From an uncultured Thermoplasmata archaeon (GTDB taxonomy: Archaea; Thermoplasmatota; Thermoplasmata; Thermoplasmatales; CAYVVU01), in assembly GCA_964455305.1 (NCBI GenBank), contig CAYVVU010000001.1, positions 14,530 through 63,640 on the forward strand: 49,111 nt of DNA, given 5' to 3'. The notes under the pieces are model-generated. The model searched no databases. It saw nothing but the letters and a program-made list of their open reading frames with translations, and was not told the origin of the DNA. Positions 29,880-39,175 of this stretch are shown one piece after another (positions within the stretch are counted from its first letter, which is position 1; every line of letters starts with the position of its first letter). Position numbers and translations under genes: made by a program.

Positions 29880-30411
29880 GAAGGCGAAGAATCCGATGAG
29901 AGATATAGTGATAGATAAAGTCGTGATAAATATGGGCGTGGGCGAGAGCGGAGAGAAGTTGCGCAAAGCAGCGAGGGTGATTGAAATACTGGTGGGAAAA
30001 GATGTAAAGGTTACATTCACCAAGGCGAAAAAGACGATTAGGGAGTTCAATATAAGGAAGAAACTGCCGATAGGTCTTAAGGTCACACTTCGGGGCAAGA
30101 AGGCGGAGGATTTCCTCAGGAGGGCTCTGTGGGTAAAGGAATTCAAGGTTCCATCGTATTCCTTTGATTCCACAGGAAACCTGAATTTCGGAATAAAGGA
30201 CCATACGAATTTTGAAGGGGTGAAGTACGACCCTGAAATAGGAATATTCGGCATGGATATATCTGTGGTATTCAAGAGGAGAGGTGGTTACCGCGTGGCT
30301 AGGAGAAGAAGGGCGAGAGGTAAGATACCCAAGAGACATAGGGTCACGAGAGAGGAGTGTATGAATTATATGAGAGAAAAATTCAATTTGGAAATTCTTG
30401 AACTTGAGTGA
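29869..30411 (+). CDS. rpl5: 50S ribosomal protein uL5.
   Basis: [17 protein letters not shown] and [24 protein letters not shown]. Confidence 0.95.
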   Translation: MNPEKAKNPMRDIVIDKVVINMGVGESGEKLRKAARVIEILVGKDVKVTFTKAKKTIREFNIRKKLPIGLKVTLRGKKAEDFLRRALWVKEFKVPSYSFDSTGNLNFGIKDHTNFEGVKYDPEIGIFGMDISVVFKRRGGYRVARRRRARGKIPKRHRVTREECMNYMREKFNLEILELE

Positions 30412-30421
30412 GGTGGTGATT

Positions 30422-30583
30422 ATGGCAAAAGTTGCCCTCAGACCCAAAAAGGAGTTCGGAAGGAGAAAGGGTTGCGTTAGATGCGGAAGGAAGAGAGGAA
30501 TAATAAGGAGGTACGGCCTCCACCTGTGCAGGCAGTGCTTCCGCGAGGTCGCGTTTGAAATGGGATTTAGAAAGTATTCATGA
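30422..30583 (+). CDS. rps14: 30S ribosomal protein uS14, zinc-binding type.
   Basis: [26 protein letters not shown] 30422 follows GAGGTGGTGATT. Confidence 0.93.
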   Translation: MAKVALRPKKEFGRRKGCVRCGRKRGIIRRYGLHLCRQCFREVAFEMGFRKYS

Positions 30584-30594
30584 GGTGATGAAGA

Positions 30595-30984
30595 ATGCAG
30601 CATGATGTGCTCAGTGATGCGATGTCATCAATAAAGAACGCCGCCAGAGCGGGCAAGAAAATAATAACAATAAAGCCGGCCTCAAAACTGATAGGGAGAG
30701 TTCTCAAAATTATGCAAGACCATGGATACATAGAGGAGTTTGAATATCAGGAAGACGGTAGGGGAGGGAAATTCATAGTGAAACTCGCTCCAACCATAAA
30801 TGATTGCGGAGCAATAAAACCCAGATTCCCCGTTAAAAGAGTGAATTTGGAGAAGTACGAGGCAAGATACCTTCCCGCACAGGATTTTGGAATAATAATA
30901 CTCACTACGAGCAAGGGAGTTATAACACACAAACAGGCGAAGGAACTGGGCATAGGAGGTAAACTCCTTGCCTATGTGTACTGA
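30595..30984 (+). CDS. rps8: 30S ribosomal protein uS8.
   Basis: [19 protein letters not shown] and [31 protein letters not shown]. Confidence 0.95.
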   Translation: MQHDVLSDAMSSIKNAARAGKKIITIKPASKLIGRVLKIMQDHGYIEEFEYQEDGRGGKFIVKLAPTINDCGAIKPRFPVKRVNLEKYEARYLPAQDFGIIILTTSKGVITHKQAKELGIGGKLLAYVY

Positions 30985-30995
30985 GGTGATATGAA

Positions 30996-31538
30996 ATGCC
31001 CGTTGCACCTTATGTGAGACACGAGGTAGAAATTCCGGACGGCGTGAGCGTTACAAAGGAAGGTTTCACCCTCATAGTTAAAGGGCCGAAGGGAGAGCTG
31101 CGCAGGGATTTCATACACGAAAAAATTTCCGTAAGTATAGAGGATGGCAAGATTGTGGTTTATTGTCCTTTGCCAAGAAGAAAGGAGTACGCCCTAGCGG
31201 GCACATGGAGGGCGCATATAGAAAATATGATAAAGGGCGTTACGGAAGGATTTGAGTACCGCCTTCGTATAGTTTACGCCCACTTCCCGATGAAGGTTAA
31301 GGTTCAGGGAGACAGGGTGGTTATAGAGAACTTCCTTGGAGAGAAACATCCCAGATACGCAAAGATAGTGGGAGATACCAAGGTTGAGGTTAGGGGAAAT
31401 GAGGTTATAGTCACGGGAATAAACATAGAACATTGCGGTCAAACGGCGGCGAACATAGAGAGGGCAACGAGAATTAAGAATAGGGATCCTCGCGTGTTCC
31501 AAGATGGAATATACATAGTTAAAAAGGGGTGGGACTAA
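30996..31538 (+). CDS. rpl6: 50S ribosomal protein uL6.
   Basis: Duplicated L6 fold; [13 protein letters not shown] and [16 protein letters not shown]. Confidence 0.95.
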   Translation: MPVAPYVRHEVEIPDGVSVTKEGFTLIVKGPKGELRRDFIHEKISVSIEDGKIVVYCPLPRRKEYALAGTWRAHIENMIKGVTEGFEYRLRIVYAHFPMKVKVQGDRVVIENFLGEKHPRYAKIVGDTKVEVRGNEVIVTGINIEHCGQTAANIERATRIKNRDPRVFQDGIYIVKKGWD

Positions 31539-31539
31539 A

Positions 31540-31938
31540 ATGAAGCCAAAATTGACTGAGGAGGAAAAGCGTCTCCTTAAAATAAGGAACCGCCTGAATC
31601 TTAAAAGACCGTGGTTCAGAAGACAGGAGTGGTTCAGGTATAAGAGAGTGGGAGAATCGTGGAGAAGACCCCGAGGAAAGCACTCCAAACTCCGCGAGAA
31701 GAAAGGTTATCGCATCCCTGTGGTAGATGCCGGGTATCGTGGTCCTAAAAAGGTAAGGGGTCTCCACCCCTCCGGTTTTCGGGAAGTTCTAGTGCATAAT
31801 CCGAAGGAACTTGAGAAGATAAATCCGGAGAGGGAAGCCGTAAGAATAGCGTCTACAGTAGGAATGAGAAAGAGATTGGAAATAGAGAAAAAAGCCGAAG
31901 AGTTGGGAATCAGGGTTCTCAACCCCGTTAAGAGGTGA
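31540..31938 (+). CDS. rpl32e: 50S ribosomal protein eL32.
   Basis: [12 protein letters not shown] and [16 protein letters not shown]. Confidence 0.94.
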   Translation: MKPKLTEEEKRLLKIRNRLNLKRPWFRRQEWFRYKRVGESWRRPRGKHSKLREKKGYRIPVVDAGYRGPKKVRGLHPSGFREVLVHNPKELEKINPEREAVRIASTVGMRKRLEIEKKAEELGIRVLNPVKR

Positions 31939-31943
31939 TGATG

Positions 31944-32396
31944 ATGAATCTCCTACCTCAAAGAAGGATGGCCGCCCAGATACTCAAATGCGGAATAAAC
32001 CGCGTGTGGATAGATCCGAATTCGCTTGAGGATGTTGCAGAGGCGGTTACGAAAGACGATATAAGGTACCTCATAAAGAGAGGAATAATACAGAAAAAGC
32101 CGGTCAAAGGTCAGTCGCGGGCTAGAGCAAATTATATAAGAAGGCAGAAGGAGAAGGGCCGCAGAAAAGGGCCCGGGTCGCGAAAGGGAGCTAAATACGC
32201 TAGGTATCCCCGCAAACTGAGGTGGATGAAGAACATAAGGGCGATAAGGAGGACATTGCGCGAATTGAGAGATAGCGGTAAAATAGACAGGCATACATAC
32301 AGAAAATTCTATCGTCTTGCGAAGGGCGGAGTGTTTAAGAGCAAATCCCATATGCTCACCCATCTCAAAATGGAAGGTTATCTTAAGGAGGAATGA
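31944..32396 (+). CDS. rpl19e: 50S ribosomal protein eL19.
   Basis: [24 protein letters not shown] at 31935 plus three consecutive ATG codons (31938-31946) make the exact start ambiguous. ATG 31944 is 5 nt after AGAGGTGA. Confidence 0.93.
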   Translation: MNLLPQRRMAAQILKCGINRVWIDPNSLEDVAEAVTKDDIRYLIKRGIIQKKPVKGQSRARANYIRRQKEKGRRKGPGSRKGAKYARYPRKLRWMKNIRAIRRTLRELRDSGKIDRHTYRKFYRLAKGGVFKSKSHMLTHLKMEGYLKEE

Positions 32397-32905
32397 GTAT
32401 GGCCCATGGCCCAACATACAAGGTGAAATTCCGTAGGAGAAGGGAAGGTAAAACCGATTACAGGAAGAGGCTGAAACTCCTGTATTCGGGATTGCCCAGG
32501 GCGGTTGTGAGGAAAACCAATACCAGAATAATTGTGCATATAGTTGAATACGACGAAATGGGGGATAAAACGCTTGTTTACTTTTCATCGGATCAACTCA
32601 GGAAATTCGGGTGGGATCTGCCCCACGGCAATGTGCCCAGTGCTTATCTCACGGGATATGTTGTGGGTCTGAAAGCCCTGAAGAAGGGAATAGATTCCGC
32701 CGTTCTGGATATAGGATTGCATCGCCCCACCAAAGGTGCAAAAGTATTCGCCGCGCTGAAAGGAATGGTTGATGCGGGAATGGATATACCTCATAGTGAA
32801 GAAATACTTCCTGACGAATCCAGAATAAGGGGAGAGCACATAGATGAGAAATACGCGGAGGTATTTGAGAAGGTTCTTAACAACATAAAGGAGGAGTTGA
32901 AATGA
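32393..32905 (+). CDS. rpl18: 50S ribosomal protein uL18.
   Basis: [22 protein letters not shown]. Confidence 0.95.
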   Translation: MSMAHGPTYKVKFRRRREGKTDYRKRLKLLYSGLPRAVVRKTNTRIIVHIVEYDEMGDKTLVYFSSDQLRKFGWDLPHGNVPSAYLTGYVVGLKALKKGIDSAVLDIGLHRPTKGAKVFAALKGMVDAGMDIPHSEEILPDESRIRGEHIDEKYAEVFEKVLNNIKEELK

Positions 32906-33564
32906 TGGAAGGAGACTGGCAACCAAAAACCAAACTGGGAAGGTTGGTCTACGAAGGAAAAATAACGAGTATAGAGGATGCCCTTCGCTCCAATCTACCG
33001 CTGAAAGAAGTTGAAATAGTGGACATTCTCGTCCCCGAGATGGAGGATGAAGTTCTGGATGTGAATTTGGTTCAGAGAATGACGGACAGCGGAAGAAGGG
33101 TGAAGTTCTCAGTAACTGTGGCTGTCGGGAACAAAGATGGAATAGTAGGTGTGGGAAGGGCGAAGGGAAAAGAGGTTGGCCCAACAATAAGGAAGGCCAT
33201 AGATAATGCAAAATTAAACATAATAATGATAGCCAGAGGATGCGGTTCCTGGGAATGTGGATGCGGAAAGCCCCATACCTTGCCGTTCAAAGTCGTTGGA
33301 AAATGCGGAAGTGTTAGAGTAACTTTAAAACCCGCTCCCCGCGGAGTTGGTTTAGCAGTTGGAGATATAGCGAAGGTTCTCCTCCGCTTAGCGGGGATAG
33401 AGGATGCTTGGGGTTTCGCCAGAGGACATACAAAAACCACGGTGAACTATGCTCTGGCTGTATTTGATGCTCTAAAGCAAACATCCATGATGAGAATAAA
33501 TCCCAGATTGCCTCTGCCCCTTTACTACGGAGGTGTTAAAGGTGTACGCGGTGATCAGAGTTAG
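32902..33564 (+). CDS. rps5: 30S ribosomal protein uS5.
   Basis: [31 protein letters not shown] and [17 protein letters not shown]. Confidence 0.95.
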   Translation: MMEGDWQPKTKLGRLVYEGKITSIEDALRSNLPLKEVEIVDILVPEMEDEVLDVNLVQRMTDSGRRVKFSVTVAVGNKDGIVGVGRAKGKEVGPTIRKAIDNAKLNIIMIARGCGSWECGCGKPHTLPFKVVGKCGSVRVTLKPAPRGVGLAVGDIAKVLLRLAGIEDAWGFARGHTKTTVNYALAVFDALKQTSMMRINPRLPLPLYYGGVKGVRGDQS

Positions 33565-34018
33565 AGGAAGGGTGGGCGTAAGAAAGGACATAGCGGATAC
33601 CCTGAAGCTTTTAAGGCTACATCGCGTAAATCACTGCGTTCTCGTACCGCCAACCCCATCCTACAAAGGAATGCTTCAAAAAGTAAAGGACTATGTTACT
33701 TGGGGAGAAATAGAGAGGGACACTTTGATAAAACTCATAAAAGTTAAGGGTCGTCTTTACGGCGATAAAGAAATAACCGATGAGTATATAAAGGAGCATA
33801 CAGCCTTCGGGAGTATTGAGGAATTCGTAGACGCCCTACTCCAAGGAAAGATACAGTACAAGGATTTGCCTTCCGTTAAGCCCGTGTTCCGTTTACATCC
33901 TCCGATAGGCGGATGGGAAAAAACCAAGAGATCATACAAAGAGGGCGGTGCTTTGGGCTATAGAGGGAAGGCGATTAATGAACTCATACTTAGAATGCTC
34001 GGTCCCGGAAGGTGGTGA
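33542..34018 (+). CDS. rpl30: 50S ribosomal protein uL30.
   Basis: (M)[28 protein letters not shown] 33542 is 6 nt after GGAGGTG. The track start is 33533. Confidence 0.93.
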   Translation: MYAVIRVRGRVGVRKDIADTLKLLRLHRVNHCVLVPPTPSYKGMLQKVKDYVTWGEIERDTLIKLIKVKGRLYGDKEITDEYIKEHTAFGSIEEFVDALLQGKIQYKDLPSVKPVFRLHPPIGGWEKTKRSYKEGGALGYRGKAINELILRMLGPGRW

Positions 34019-34020
34019 TT

Positions 34021-34449
34021 ATGGGAAAGAAAAGGTCAAGAAAATTTAGAGGGTTACGCCGCCACGGACATGGAATGAAGGGAAGGAGAGGAAAGGGTCT
34101 TCGTGGCGGAAAGGGTATGGCGGGTCTCTGTAAACACAGATATATCTGGATGGTTAAATATGCGCCCGACCACTGGGGAAATTATGGTTTTACCTCTCAT
34201 CATCCCAAGAAGGAGATAAAAGCCATAAATCTCAGGGAAATTGAGGAAAGACTTCCCGAATTCATAGAGAAAGGATTCGCTAGGGAAGAGGATGGTGAGA
34301 TTTTCGTTGATTTAACGGCGGCGGGCTATAACAAACTTCTGGGCAATGGTAGGATTACAAGACCGATGAAAATAAAAGTTGAATATGCTTCCGCCAAGGC
34401 TATAGAAAAACTGAAAAGTTTGGGCGGAGGTTTAGTGGAAAATGAGTGA
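34021..34449 (+). CDS. rpl15: 50S ribosomal protein uL15.
   Basis: RKFRGLRRHGHGMKGRRGKGLRGGKGMAG. ATG 34021 follows GGTGGTGATT. Confidence 0.94.
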   Translation: MGKKRSRKFRGLRRHGHGMKGRRGKGLRGGKGMAGLCKHRYIWMVKYAPDHWGNYGFTSHHPKKEIKAINLREIEERLPEFIEKGFAREEDGEIFVDLTAAGYNKLLGNGRITRPMKIKVEYASAKAIEKLKSLGGGLVENE

Positions 34450-36214
34450 GATGGAGAGGCGATGGAGCAAATCTATATACATAATAATTCCGTGGGCATT
34501 GATAATTTACGCGTATTATGTATGGGGGGCTCACGGAGATTATTTGATGACCTCAATATTCATACTGCTCACTTTCCCTCTCGCGGGAATGGCCATTTTA
34601 GCTGCTACTTATGCTGGAGAGGGGAGCAAACTATATGGCTTAAGACCCATGTACACCAAGTTACCCATAGTGAAGAAGCCAGAGGGTCATGTGCACTTCC
34701 GCCAGAAGATGATGTGGACCCTACTGGCCCTCATAATATATATGTCATTGACCAATGTCTTCATATATGGGCTAGATAAGAAAAATGTGATAGATGTGTT
34801 TGAGAGTTTCCGTGCGATATTGGCTGGGGCCTCGGGCTCTTTGATGCATCTCGGTATAGGACCGATAGTTACTGCGAGTATCATAATGCAGTTGTTTGTG
34901 GGTGCAAAAATATTCAATCTTGATCTGGGAAACGATGAGGATAGAGCTGTGTACCAAGGAACGCAAAAATTGCTCGTAATTATTATGATTTTCGTTGAAG
35001 CAATACCCCAAGTTTATGGATATTTAAAACCATCTGATAGTTTTGTTGATATGCTTGATAAAGCTACGGGACACGGAGCACTTTTGGCAAATACAATCAT
35101 TGTTGCCCAGCTGTTTGCAGGTTCTTATTTGGTATTCCTTCTTGATGAGATGGTATCAAAATGGGGAATAGGTTCTGGAATTTCGCTTTTCATAGCGGCT
35201 GGTGTTTCTCAGGCAATATTCACAGGAACTTTCAACTGGGTCCCTGTAAATCCCAACGAACCGCTCAGCGTTAGTAATCCGCCAAGTGGAACCATACCGA
35301 AAACAATATATCTCTTGCAGAACTCATCCGCAGGTGAGGTGCGGGGAGGTATTTTGGAGAGAATTCTGTTTGCGAACCCAAATCCCGTTATTGCACTCAT
35401 AGGCACAATAATAATATTCCTCGTTGTGGCGTACGCTGAGAGTACAAAGATTGAACTACCGCTTGCCCACGAAAGAGCGAGGGGTGCAAGAGGCAGATAC
35501 CCCATAAAATTGATGTACTGTTCAAACATACCGGTCATACTCACATCCGCTCTGCTCGCCAATATATCTATGTGGACTCTTCTCTTCTGGTCCCATCCGA
35601 CATTAAGTAAAGTGCCCATTCTCGGTCATAATCCTTGGCTCGGAAGATATCCTACCGCGGAACAGGCGGCGGAATGGGGAATAAAGCAGAACACACCCAT
35701 AGGAGGTTTGGCTTACTATGTTAGCAGGGTGAATGGCTTGGGAAGTTGGCTTCTGCCCCTTATAAATCCCAATATGTACGGTTCGTATGTATTCTACATC
35801 CATACATACTGGCAGCATCTGGCCCATGTGGTTATCTATTTCGCTTTTATGGTAGGTTTCAGCGTTCTCTTTGCGAAGTTCTGGATAGAAACAGCGAACA
35901 TGAACGCTAGGGCAGTTGCGGAACAAATTCAGCGTGGCGGAATGCAAATTCCCGGATTCAGAAGAGATCCGAGAGTGCTTGAGAAGATACTCAACCGTTA
36001 CATCCCTCCGATAACCATATTCAGCGGTGCAGCCGTGGGAGCGTTAGCGGCAACAGCTGATCTTATAGGCACCGTGGGAAACGCATCCGGAACGGGAGTT
36101 TTGCTCACTGTGGGCATACTTATACAATTCTACGAAGCGATGGGTAGAGAGCAACTGATGGAGATGCATCCAGTAATAAGACAATTCTTTGAAACCGGAG
36201 GTAGGAGATTATGA
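34442..36214 (+). CDS. secY: Preprotein translocase SecY; long form with an N-terminal ~65-aa extension and loop insertions.
   Basis: LGIGPIVTASIIMQL, DEMVSKWGIGSGISLFIAAGV, YPIKLMYCSNIPVIL and GTGVLLTVGILIQFYE. The canonical SecY N-terminus aligns only from about residue 66. Confidence 0.93.
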   Translation: MSEMERRWSKSIYIIIPWALIIYAYYVWGAHGDYLMTSIFILLTFPLAGMAILAATYAGEGSKLYGLRPMYTKLPIVKKPEGHVHFRQKMMWTLLALIIYMSLTNVFIYGLDKKNVIDVFESFRAILAGASGSLMHLGIGPIVTASIIMQLFVGAKIFNLDLGNDEDRAVYQGTQKLLVIIMIFVEAIPQVYGYLKPSDSFVDMLDKATGHGALLANTIIVAQLFAGSYLVFLLDEMVSKWGIGSGISLFIAAGVSQAIFTGTFNWVPVNPNEPLSVSNPPSGTIPKTIYLLQNSSAGEVRGGILERILFANPNPVIALIGTIIIFLVVAYAESTKIELPLAHERARGARGRYPIKLMYCSNIPVILTSALLANISMWTLLFWSHPTLSKVPILGHNPWLGRYPTAEQAAEWGIKQNTPIGGLAYYVSRVNGLGSWLLPLINPNMYGSYVFYIHTYWQHLAHVVIYFAFMVGFSVLFAKFWIETANMNARAVAEQIQRGGMQIPGFRRDPRVLEKILNRYIPPITIFSGAAVGALAATADLIGTVGNASGTGVLLTVGILIQFYEAMGREQLMEMHPVIRQFFETGGRRL

Positions 36215-36762
36215 GGGTCATAGTATGTGGAGTGCCTGGCGTTGGAAAAAGTACTGTTATGAACATAGTTGCTGAAAAATCATCTTATCCGATCGTGAAT
36301 TTTGGCACTGTTATGTTTGAAGAAGCAAGGGAAAGAGGTCTCGCCACACACAGGGACGAGATGAGAAAACTTCCCATGGATGTACAAAGAGAACTTCAGA
36401 GAAACGCCGCCAAAAAAATAGGAGAAATGAGTAGTGCGCTCATAGATACGCATCTCAGCATTAAAACGCCTTACGGCTATTTTCCCGGTTTACCTAAGCA
36501 TATTCTCGCGGAAATAAGACCGCATTTAATCGTGGTTATAGAGGCACCGCCCGAAATAATTGCTGACCGTCGCGGGAGAGATGAGGATAGAATCAGGGAT
36601 GCCGATGAAATTCGGGCAATAAAAGAACAGCAGGAAATAAATAGATATCTAGCTGCGGCCGCCTCTGTAATAACGGGAGCGAACATAATATTCGTGGAGA
36701 ATAAAGAGGGAAGGGCAGAAGAAGCTGCGAACAAAATACTAAAAGCGATGGGGGTAATATGA
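36211..36762 (+). CDS. adkA: Adenylate kinase, archaeal type.
   Basis: MRVIVCGVPGVGKSTV P-loop, typical length, and position after secY. Confidence 0.9.
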   Translation: MRVIVCGVPGVGKSTVMNIVAEKSSYPIVNFGTVMFEEARERGLATHRDEMRKLPMDVQRELQRNAAKKIGEMSSALIDTHLSIKTPYGYFPGLPKHILAEIRPHLIVVIEAPPEIIADRRGRDEDRIRDADEIRAIKEQQEINRYLAAAASVITGANIIFVENKEGRAEEAANKILKAMGVI

Positions 36763-37409
36763 CCGACGGAAAGCAAACCTCATCACCTTTCACATTTTTT
36801 CTCGTAATGCTACTGATTCTTTTTCTCATAATGGATCCAGGTATAAGGACCCTCCTTGCCTTAGGAGCAGGAGCGATTTTTGAACCGATCATAGGTTTTG
36901 ATGGAAATTTTCCTCTTCTCACTCTACTGTTCAGCGGTTTAATCGTTACGCTCATCACCGTTATACTCCGTCATCTAACAACGGATTATTTAGATGTGGC
37001 AGAGACACAGCATTATACGAAGCACATCTCAAAAATGCTCCGCGAAGCGTTCAAGGAGGGAGATAAGGAAAAGATGAACAAAATAAGGGAGAAACAGATG
37101 GAATTTGCGCAGAGAAGTATGAAGCAATCCACATCGCAGATGAGAGTAACTATGATAACTATGGTTATTGTTGTGGGGATATTTGCTTGGCTCTGGTATT
37201 TTTTGACAGCAGAGGTAAATTATCCGTATATAGCGGTACCTTGGAGCAACTTCGTTGATTTGAGAGGTGTAAATATTCTTCCTAACTGGATTCTCATATA
37301 TTCGTCGTTTACTATCCCGTTATCTCTGGTTATCGGCGCAGTGCTGCGATACCTCAAACTCAAGAAGGTGTTGGAGAATGAGGATAGCGGTGAGTGGTCC
37401 GCCGGGTAG
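36759..37409 (+). CDS. DUF106-family membrane protein (archaeal Oxa1/YidC/EMC3-like insertase homologue).
   Basis: TM - coiled-coil (KEKMNKIREKQMEFAQRSMK) - TM topology, and the conserved secY-adk-DUF106-cmk position. Confidence 0.8.
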   Translation: MTDGKQTSSPFTFFLVMLLILFLIMDPGIRTLLALGAGAIFEPIIGFDGNFPLLTLLFSGLIVTLITVILRHLTTDYLDVAETQHYTKHISKMLREAFKEGDKEKMNKIREKQMEFAQRSMKQSTSQMRVTMITMVIVVGIFAWLWYFLTAEVNYPYIAVPWSNFVDLRGVNILPNWILIYSSFTIPLSLVIGAVLRYLKLKKVLENEDSGEWSAG

Positions 37410-37920
37410 TGGAAAAACCACGCTGGCAAGAAAACTCGCTGAGAATTTAAAGTACAGATATGTATGCGGTGGAGAGATTTTTCGTAGGGAAGCAGCCAAA
37501 CTGAATATGACATTGGAGGAGTTTTCAAAGTATGTTGAGGATCATCCCGAGGTGGATATAAAACTTGATAACTATCTGGCGGAGGAGGCAAAGAATCTAA
37601 GGGTTGTTGTGGACTCCCGCCTATCCGGATGGCTCATGAAAAAGCACGGAATAAAAGGATTTAAAATATATGTGGATGCCTCGCCAGAAGAAAGGGCTAG
37701 AAGAATCCAGAAAAGGGATGGTGGAAGAATAGAGGATATTATGAGGAAAATGCTTGAGAGGGAGGAATCTGAGGTAAAAAGGTATCAGATGCTCTACGGT
37801 GCGGATTACAGGAATAGGGAAATTTACGATTTGGTTCTTTATACCGATTATATGAGTGAGGAGGAAGTTTTCTCTAAGGCGCTGGAGGAATATGAAAAAT
37901 GGCTGAAGATTTTCTGGTGA
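37378..37920 (+). CDS. cmk: Cytidylate kinase, archaeal type.
   Basis: MRIAVSGPPGSGKTTLARKLAE. Overlaps the DUF106 end by 32 nt. Confidence 0.88.
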   Translation: MRIAVSGPPGSGKTTLARKLAENLKYRYVCGGEIFRREAAKLNMTLEEFSKYVEDHPEVDIKLDNYLAEEAKNLRVVVDSRLSGWLMKKHGIKGFKIYVDASPEERARRIQKRDGGRIEDIMRKMLEREESEVKRYQMLYGADYRNREIYDLVLYTDYMSEEEVFSKALEEYEKWLKIFW

Positions 37921-38861
37921 GGGAAGAATGCGAATCTATGTACGGAAGCTATCCTGAAGAAAGGAGTGTAGAGGAATTGATAGATTTCGGATATGTTATA
38001 GTGGATAAGCCGAAGGGTCCCACAAGCCATCAGGTGAGCGCTTGGGTCAAGGAAATATTTCAAATAGAGAAGGCTGGTCATGCTGGAACCCTTGACCCCA
38101 AGGTAACTGGTGTTCTGCCAGTGGCGCTGAGCAGAGGAACAAAAATAGTTAATATACTGCACAGAAGTTCCAAAGAATATGTATGTCTGATGCGTATCCA
38201 CAAAACTGTGAATGAGAGAAAACTCATACAGATTATGAAGGAGTTTGAGGGAACTATATATCAGATTCCTCCGGTTAGAAGCGCGGTCAAAAGAAGATTG
38301 AGGAAAAGAAAGGTTTACAAAATTGAGATAATTGAAATAGATATGCCCTTCGTGCTTTTCCGCGCAGAGGTATCCGCAGGTACTTATATGAGAACCCTCT
38401 GCACAGATATAGGTCTCGCATTGGGTGTAGGTGCCCACATGCAAGAATTAAGAAGGACGAAAACCGCCCACATAGCCGAGGATAAATGCTCAACCCTACA
38501 AGATATACGCGATGCATATATATTCTGGAAGGAGGATGGTGAGGAAAAATACATAAGAAAAGTTCTCCGCCCCGCCGATGAACTGGCTGAATTTTTGCCC
38601 AAGGTTTATGTGAAGGATTATGCCGTGGATGCCTTATGCCACGGGGCTCCGCTATATGTAAGAGGAATATGCAAAATCTCTTCTAATATAAAAAGAAAAG
38701 ATCTGGTTGCTGTTTATACATTAAAAAATGAACTTGTCGGGATAGGGAGAGCGGAAATGAGGAGCGAGGAAATTATGATGGCCGATAAAGGAATAGCAAT
38801 TAAAATGGATAGAGTGGTTATGCCCCGCGGAAAGTATCCTAAAGGATGGAAGAGTAATTAA
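37899..38861 (+). CDS. cbf5: tRNA/rRNA pseudouridine synthase Cbf5 (TruB family) with a PUA domain.
   Basis: DKPKGPTSHQV and the catalytic HAGTLDPKVTGVLPV. C-terminal PUA segment (GAPLYVRGI...LVGIGRA). Confidence 0.93.
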   Translation: MAEDFLVREECESMYGSYPEERSVEELIDFGYVIVDKPKGPTSHQVSAWVKEIFQIEKAGHAGTLDPKVTGVLPVALSRGTKIVNILHRSSKEYVCLMRIHKTVNERKLIQIMKEFEGTIYQIPPVRSAVKRRLRKRKVYKIEIIEIDMPFVLFRAEVSAGTYMRTLCTDIGLALGVGAHMQELRRTKTAHIAEDKCSTLQDIRDAYIFWKEDGEEKYIRKVLRPADELAEFLPKVYVKDYAVDALCHGAPLYVRGICKISSNIKRKDLVAVYTLKNELVGIGRAEMRSEEIMMADKGIAIKMDRVVMPRGKYPKGWKSN

Positions 38862-38891
38862 ATACTTAATTATTTATTAAACTTTATGATA

Positions 38892-38955
38892 ACTTCACGA
38901 TTCGTTAAGTTTTATCGTTAAGCGATACTTTACGATTGTAAATGAAGTGCACAAA
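38892..38955 (+). repeat. Cluster of short direct repeats at the left edge of the AT-rich island.
   Basis: acttcacgattcgt (38892-905) pairs with actttacgattgt (38927-939). cgttaag occurs twice (38903-909, 38916-922). gaagtgcacaaa (38944-955) recurs as gaagtgcgcaaa at 39122-39133. Confidence 0.5.
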
Positions 38956-39175
38956 ACGAATTTGCTTAAAATATGGGAGAAGCAAGAGATTATCTTAGAG
39001 ACAAGAAAGGAGAAATAAGACAGAGGGGAGGCATGCTATTTACAGAACTAAGGATGGGTGATGGATAACTAATCGAAAGCAGTCTTACATCTGAGAAATT
39101 TAACTCCATATAGCGTGTTTCGAAGTGCGCAAATCATTTAAATAGTAAATTCATATTCTTAAGTGGTGAAAACCT

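Noticed and set aside
29421-30603. 284-aa and 275-aa minus-strand ORFs opposite rps4e/rpl5/rps14. Similar antisense ORFs occur at 27231..27965, 28347..28958, 31953..32588 and 32585..33211.
   Set aside because: All lie antisense to highly conserved r-protein genes, lack SD or TATA signals, and have junk-like composition.
37848-38444. 198-aa minus-strand ORF. The 206-aa plus-strand ORF at 43958..44578 and the 139-aa ORF at 7565..7984 are similar cases.
   Set aside because: They are antisense to cbf5, mutS and argS respectively and have no independent signals or motifs.
39058-39094. C/D-box-sRNA-like motifs (gtgatgga ... ctga).
   Set aside because: The C box is imperfect and the boxes are only ~26 nt apart. 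There are no D'/C' boxes and no terminal stem, so the region is too short for a C/D sRNA.
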